Source: Spironucleus salmonicida (Eukaryota). Taken from it: a DNA stretch of 64,000 nucleotides. Shown here piece after piece: positions 60,618 to 64,000 of this stretch (position 1 is its first letter; each line of letters opens with the position of its first letter). The translations under genes and the position numbers were made by a program. The notes under the pieces are model-generated. The model did no database searches, had not been told where the DNA came from, and saw only the letters and a list, made by a program, of their open reading frames with translations. The DNA lies in the NCBI RefSeq assembly GCF_000497125.1, contig NC_090596.1, positions 806,001 to 870,000 on the forward strand. The letters are read 5' to 3'.

Positions 60618-61013
60618 ATGGTTAGTGCTCCCGATGTTTTCAATATTATCACAGCTATCGTATGTATCTTCTTAGCTTGCATTATTTTCTTCCTTTCAAT
60701 TATTAAGTATATAGCTAAGGTCATTGTTGATCTATTCTTTTTAATATCAGTTATCCTCATTGCCGTTGTCCCATTTTGGAATAATGGTATGTTTGGTATA
60801 CTTAATAATCCAATTGGAAGACCTTTATATCTATTTATCATGTGTGGTTCTCTAATGGCTGACCTAGATAAATTTGATGGTATTTGCAATAATGGTGGGG
60901 ATACATGTGCTTATCAGGTATCCATGGCTATTGGTTTCTTCTATGCCGTTCTTTTACTCATTGTAAACATTATATTCATGGCTTTGAAACAGGAAGATGT
61001 TGCTAAATCTTGA
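60618..61013 (+). CDS. Small multi-pass membrane protein, Tvp15/COPI-associated-like (131 aa)
   Basis: Four hydrophobic segments, MFGILNNPIGRPLYLFIMCGSL motif. Confidence 0.6.
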   Translation: MVSAPDVFNIITAIVCIFLACIIFFLSIIKYIAKVIVDLFFLISVILIAVVPFWNNGMFGILNNPIGRPLYLFIMCGSLMADLDKFDGICNNGGDTCAYQVSMAIGFFYAVLLLIVNIIFMALKQEDVAKS

Positions 61014-61205
61014 AAGTGACTGTTAAAGCATTTTATTTTCTCTATGCGGAACTCGAGTTTATCATCATATATGATATTATCAATTAAGCTACATCTCTAC
61101 TATACGCTGCAAAGATCAGTTAAACATTGAAAAAATATTTTATTCAAATTAATATGAATGTCCATATTATCGTTTATTATAAATTACGTTACTATTAATA
61201 CTCCA

Positions 61206-61832
61206 TCACTTACGTTATTATTTTTACTAGTTTATGGGCAATCTTTATCGAGCACTTTTCGGCTTCGACAGATGCTCAGAAAGTTATTTTTACTACTATA
61301 CAGATGTAGACTTTTTTGGAAGTTCTCGCTATTAGATTTAACTTTATTTCCCTACAAATAAAGATTCTATTTGATGTATAACCGAAAGATCAGTCTCAAC
61401 TTAGTTGTAATTTATATTGTGAACCACAATTTTGGAAGGGAAATCAAAATTTAAGCACTAATTTATATATATAATATCTGTTTCAGATATTAATTATTTT
61501 TCTTTTTCTAAGATTTCTTTTCTAGTGACAGGCCCATGAAATAACTGCGAATTGAACTATTTACTTTTAGAGACGAATAAAACGGGTTAGGCTGAAATTT
61601 CAAAATCAATTGTTGTGCTTCCCTATTCAATATATGGTCTAGCTTATAATTTACTATTTTTATGCTCCTCCTTTTGGTTGAAAATCATTCTTTTAACATC
61701 TATGGGGTTTTGTTAAATTTTAACACTTTATTGTTTTCTTTTGAGATCAATTTGAGGTTCAAACTGAGAAAATTTCATATCAGAAAGCTTTAACACCTAG
61801 CTACCAGTTCTCAACAACGAATCTTTTTTCAT
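61206..61832 (-). CDS. Hypothetical protein (208 aa)
   Basis: Open in code 6, ends AAGTGA. Confidence 0.6.
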
Positions 61833-62006
61833 TTTATTCTTTATTTTAATTTTATATAATAATCCAAAATATTTTATAAATTTTTAATTATTGATGAAAA
61901 ATAGTTGTGAAACACTGCGTATCTAGGCTTAAAGAAAAAGTTAACACATAAAACTTGAATATAAGACAGATGTGGAGCCTTAATATAATTCCAGTTGAAT
62001 AATATA

Positions 62007-62306
62007 TCACTACTGCTCTAGCGATGTATAAACCTTAGAGCCTTGGTTCATAACGGTGTAGCTCACGCTATTGTCCTCTACTGCCAGAGTTTACTCGATT
62101 TTGATAGCTGCTGAAATTTTTTGCTGCTTATCCACGTAAATAATACAGTCTTCCCGATGCAGCTGTGAAATTTTTGGGGAAGACATATTGATCTTGTATT
62201 TCTAGTCTGGCGCCAGTATTTGCAGCTAATCGTTCAGAATCTGAAACTTGCACTCCTGCTTTGTCTTCCTAAACCACTTTTACGTCGTGAGCTCGCAGGT
62301 GGACAT
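62007..62306 (-). CDS. Hypothetical protein (99 aa)
   Basis: TTCCGTAAATG start context, ends TAGTGA. Confidence 0.55.
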
Positions 62307-62416
62307 TTACGGAAACAAAAAATTGCATCCTAAAAATTATACAATAAAATCAAAAAATTATTAAAATAATAATTTAATATAACTATATAATATTAACTAT
62401 TTTGACTAAATCCAAA

Positions 62417-62938
62417 ATGTCAGTTTTGGTCTATGCGTACCCCCGCTGCGAGGACATCGAGCTAGTAGCCAGCGTTGACACGCTGCGCAGATGCGGCGCC
62501 AAGGTTACCGTCTACGCGGAAACGTCCCCAATTCTTTGCGCGCACGGCACGCAAATCGTCCCCGACACGACGACGCTCCCAAGCGGCGAAATGGACGCCA
62601 TTTTGCTTCCAGGGGGCGCCGGATGCGCCGAATTCGCCAAAAACGCGAAAGCTGCAGCCGTTTTCGAGGCCTTCAAAGCCCAAAAAAAGCTCATTTTTGC
62701 GATTTGCGCGGCGCCGGGAACGCTGGTGCGCTGGGGAATTTTGTCTGGAGAAACCGTTTGCGGCTACCCCGGCTGCGAGGCGGAGGGCGCAAAATTCACT
62801 GACGAGCGCGTCGTCGCCGGGGCGTTTTTCGTGACCGCGCGGGGCCCCGGAGTCGCCATCGAATTCGGGCTCGCCTGCGCCCAGAAACTTGGGTTGGACG
62901 CCGCAAAAATTGGCGCGCAAATGCTCGTTAAATAGTGA
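62417..62938 (+). CDS. DJ-1/ThiJ/PfpI family protein (173 aa)
   Basis: EDIE..VDTLRR, DAILLPGG, AICAAP, VTARGPG.AIEFG. Confidence 0.92.
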
Positions 62939-63087
62939 GCAGAACGCCCGTTTTGATTTGTTTTTTCGAGAAACTGGGATTGAAAAATTCGTATTTAAAT
63001 CATATATTATTGATATATAAAATTCCCTTCCAAATCGAAAAAACTCAATACACCTTTATTATACAATATATATCATTATATTTTTAA

Positions 63088-63387
63088 ATGCTGCCAAAGC
63101 TGCTGCCGAAGCCGATCTACCGGTCGACATCGCCGCCCCCGAAGCGGCACGTCCTGGCGATCCTGCCGCCCATCAGATCCACGTCCGTTCAGGTGCAGAA
63201 GCAGCTCGAGCAGACCGCAGATTTCGGCGAGCTGCGGAATTTCATAATGCGCGAAAGGAAGACGTTTGGCGCAATTTCGAGCAAAATCGACGTCCTGGGT
63301 TACAAATGCAGCGATTTGCTGAACAAATTGGCGTTTCTGATCAAGGAAATGAAGCGGGAAAAGATGGCCCTGAGGCCGCGCAGATGA
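63088..63387 (+). CDS. Small hypothetical protein (99 aa)
   Basis: TATA-rich upstream, GC3 bias, TGA then AGTGA. Confidence 0.65.
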   Translation: MLPKLLPKPIYRSTSPPPKRHVLAILPPIRSTSVQVQKQLEQTADFGELRNFIMRERKTFGAISSKIDVLGYKCSDLLNKLAFLIKEMKREKMALRPRR

Positions 63388-63400
63388 GCATTTAGTGAAG

Positions 63401-63697
63401 TCACTCTTTCAGCACTTAGCCCTCCTGGTAGCTGAAGTACATAATTTCGTGGAAGGGAACGGCTATAAGGCCGTCGCACTCCTCGGGGAGCTGCCTTATG
63501 ATGTCCACGTCCTGGTTGATTATTTTTATGTTCGGGAACGACGACAGGGCGTAGTTTTCGTACGACTTAAAGTCGCCCGTTATGTTCTCGATGTACCTGA
63601 ACAGCTGCGCTGGCGTCTTGTCCTGGATAATCGTCTGCGAAATGATGAACTTGATCCCGTCTATGTGAATGAAAATTATCGCATGATCAGAGTTCAT
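63401..63697 (-). CDS. Small hypothetical protein (98 aa)
   Basis: AAAATG start, ends GAGTGA. Confidence 0.6.
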
Positions 63698-63890
63698 TTT
63701 TAAGGGAAGGGATAATAATACTTGATTATTATATAATAATATTAATTTATCGTAGATTATCAAAATTGAGAATTCCAAAATTATAGAGATAATTAAAATT
63801 ATTTAAAAATAATATATAGAAACATTTTTTTATTTTTTTATTCTTATATGATATTATTATATGAAAAATAGCCAGATATCTGATCTCCAA

Positions 63891-64000
63891 ATGATCAAAC
63901 TGACTCCGGACGAGCAGAACCTGCTGATCCAGCTCACACAGGCCTATGAGAAGAACAGAATCAACTGGCAGTAGGTTGTAGCGTATTTTCCGGCGTAGAA
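63891..64000 (+). CDS. Myb-like protein, partial
   Basis: LTPDEQNLLIQLTQAYEKNRINWQQVVAYFP resembles a Myb repeat; alternative ATG at 63861. Confidence 0.6.

Noticed and set aside
1-64000. CRISPR arrays, rRNA, intact transposons, spliceosomal introns
   Set aside because: No repeat-spacer array, rRNA-like sequence or RT/transposase motifs seen; all recognised genes read through without needing an intron

Overview
Eukaryotic, intron-poor, gene-dense DNA from a hexamitid diplomonad (Spironucleus/Hexamita-like, inferred). It uses genetic code 6: TAA/TAG read as Gln and TGA is the only stop, so the supplied standard-code ORF track fragments most genes. I re-read the ORFs by hand in code 6. Recognisable genes: cysteine-rich membrane proteins (3 copies), an SLC35F6-like transporter (2), DNAJC7-like, proteasome beta2, eS12 (2), Snu13, two stand-alone flavodoxins, Bud32, MORN1, uS9/RPS16, AK7-like, membrane-anchored cathepsin, uL11/RPL12, two Tvp15-like, DJ-1, three Myb-like proteins, tRNA-Phe (2) and many small hypotheticals. 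Best finding: a duplicated, highly divergent eRF1 paralogue (34815-35747 and 52511-53443) that keeps eRF1 N/M/C architecture but has lost the GTS, NIKS and GGQ motifs. It lies head-to-head with Bud32 in an organism with reassigned stop codons. Also seen: five near-identical, mostly GC-rich local duplicons with reciprocal gene truncations and mid-gene GC switches, two genes that seem to lack a properly placed genomic stop, two micro-protein families, and recurring C-to-G skew inversions. All homologies were judged by eye; no searches were run.
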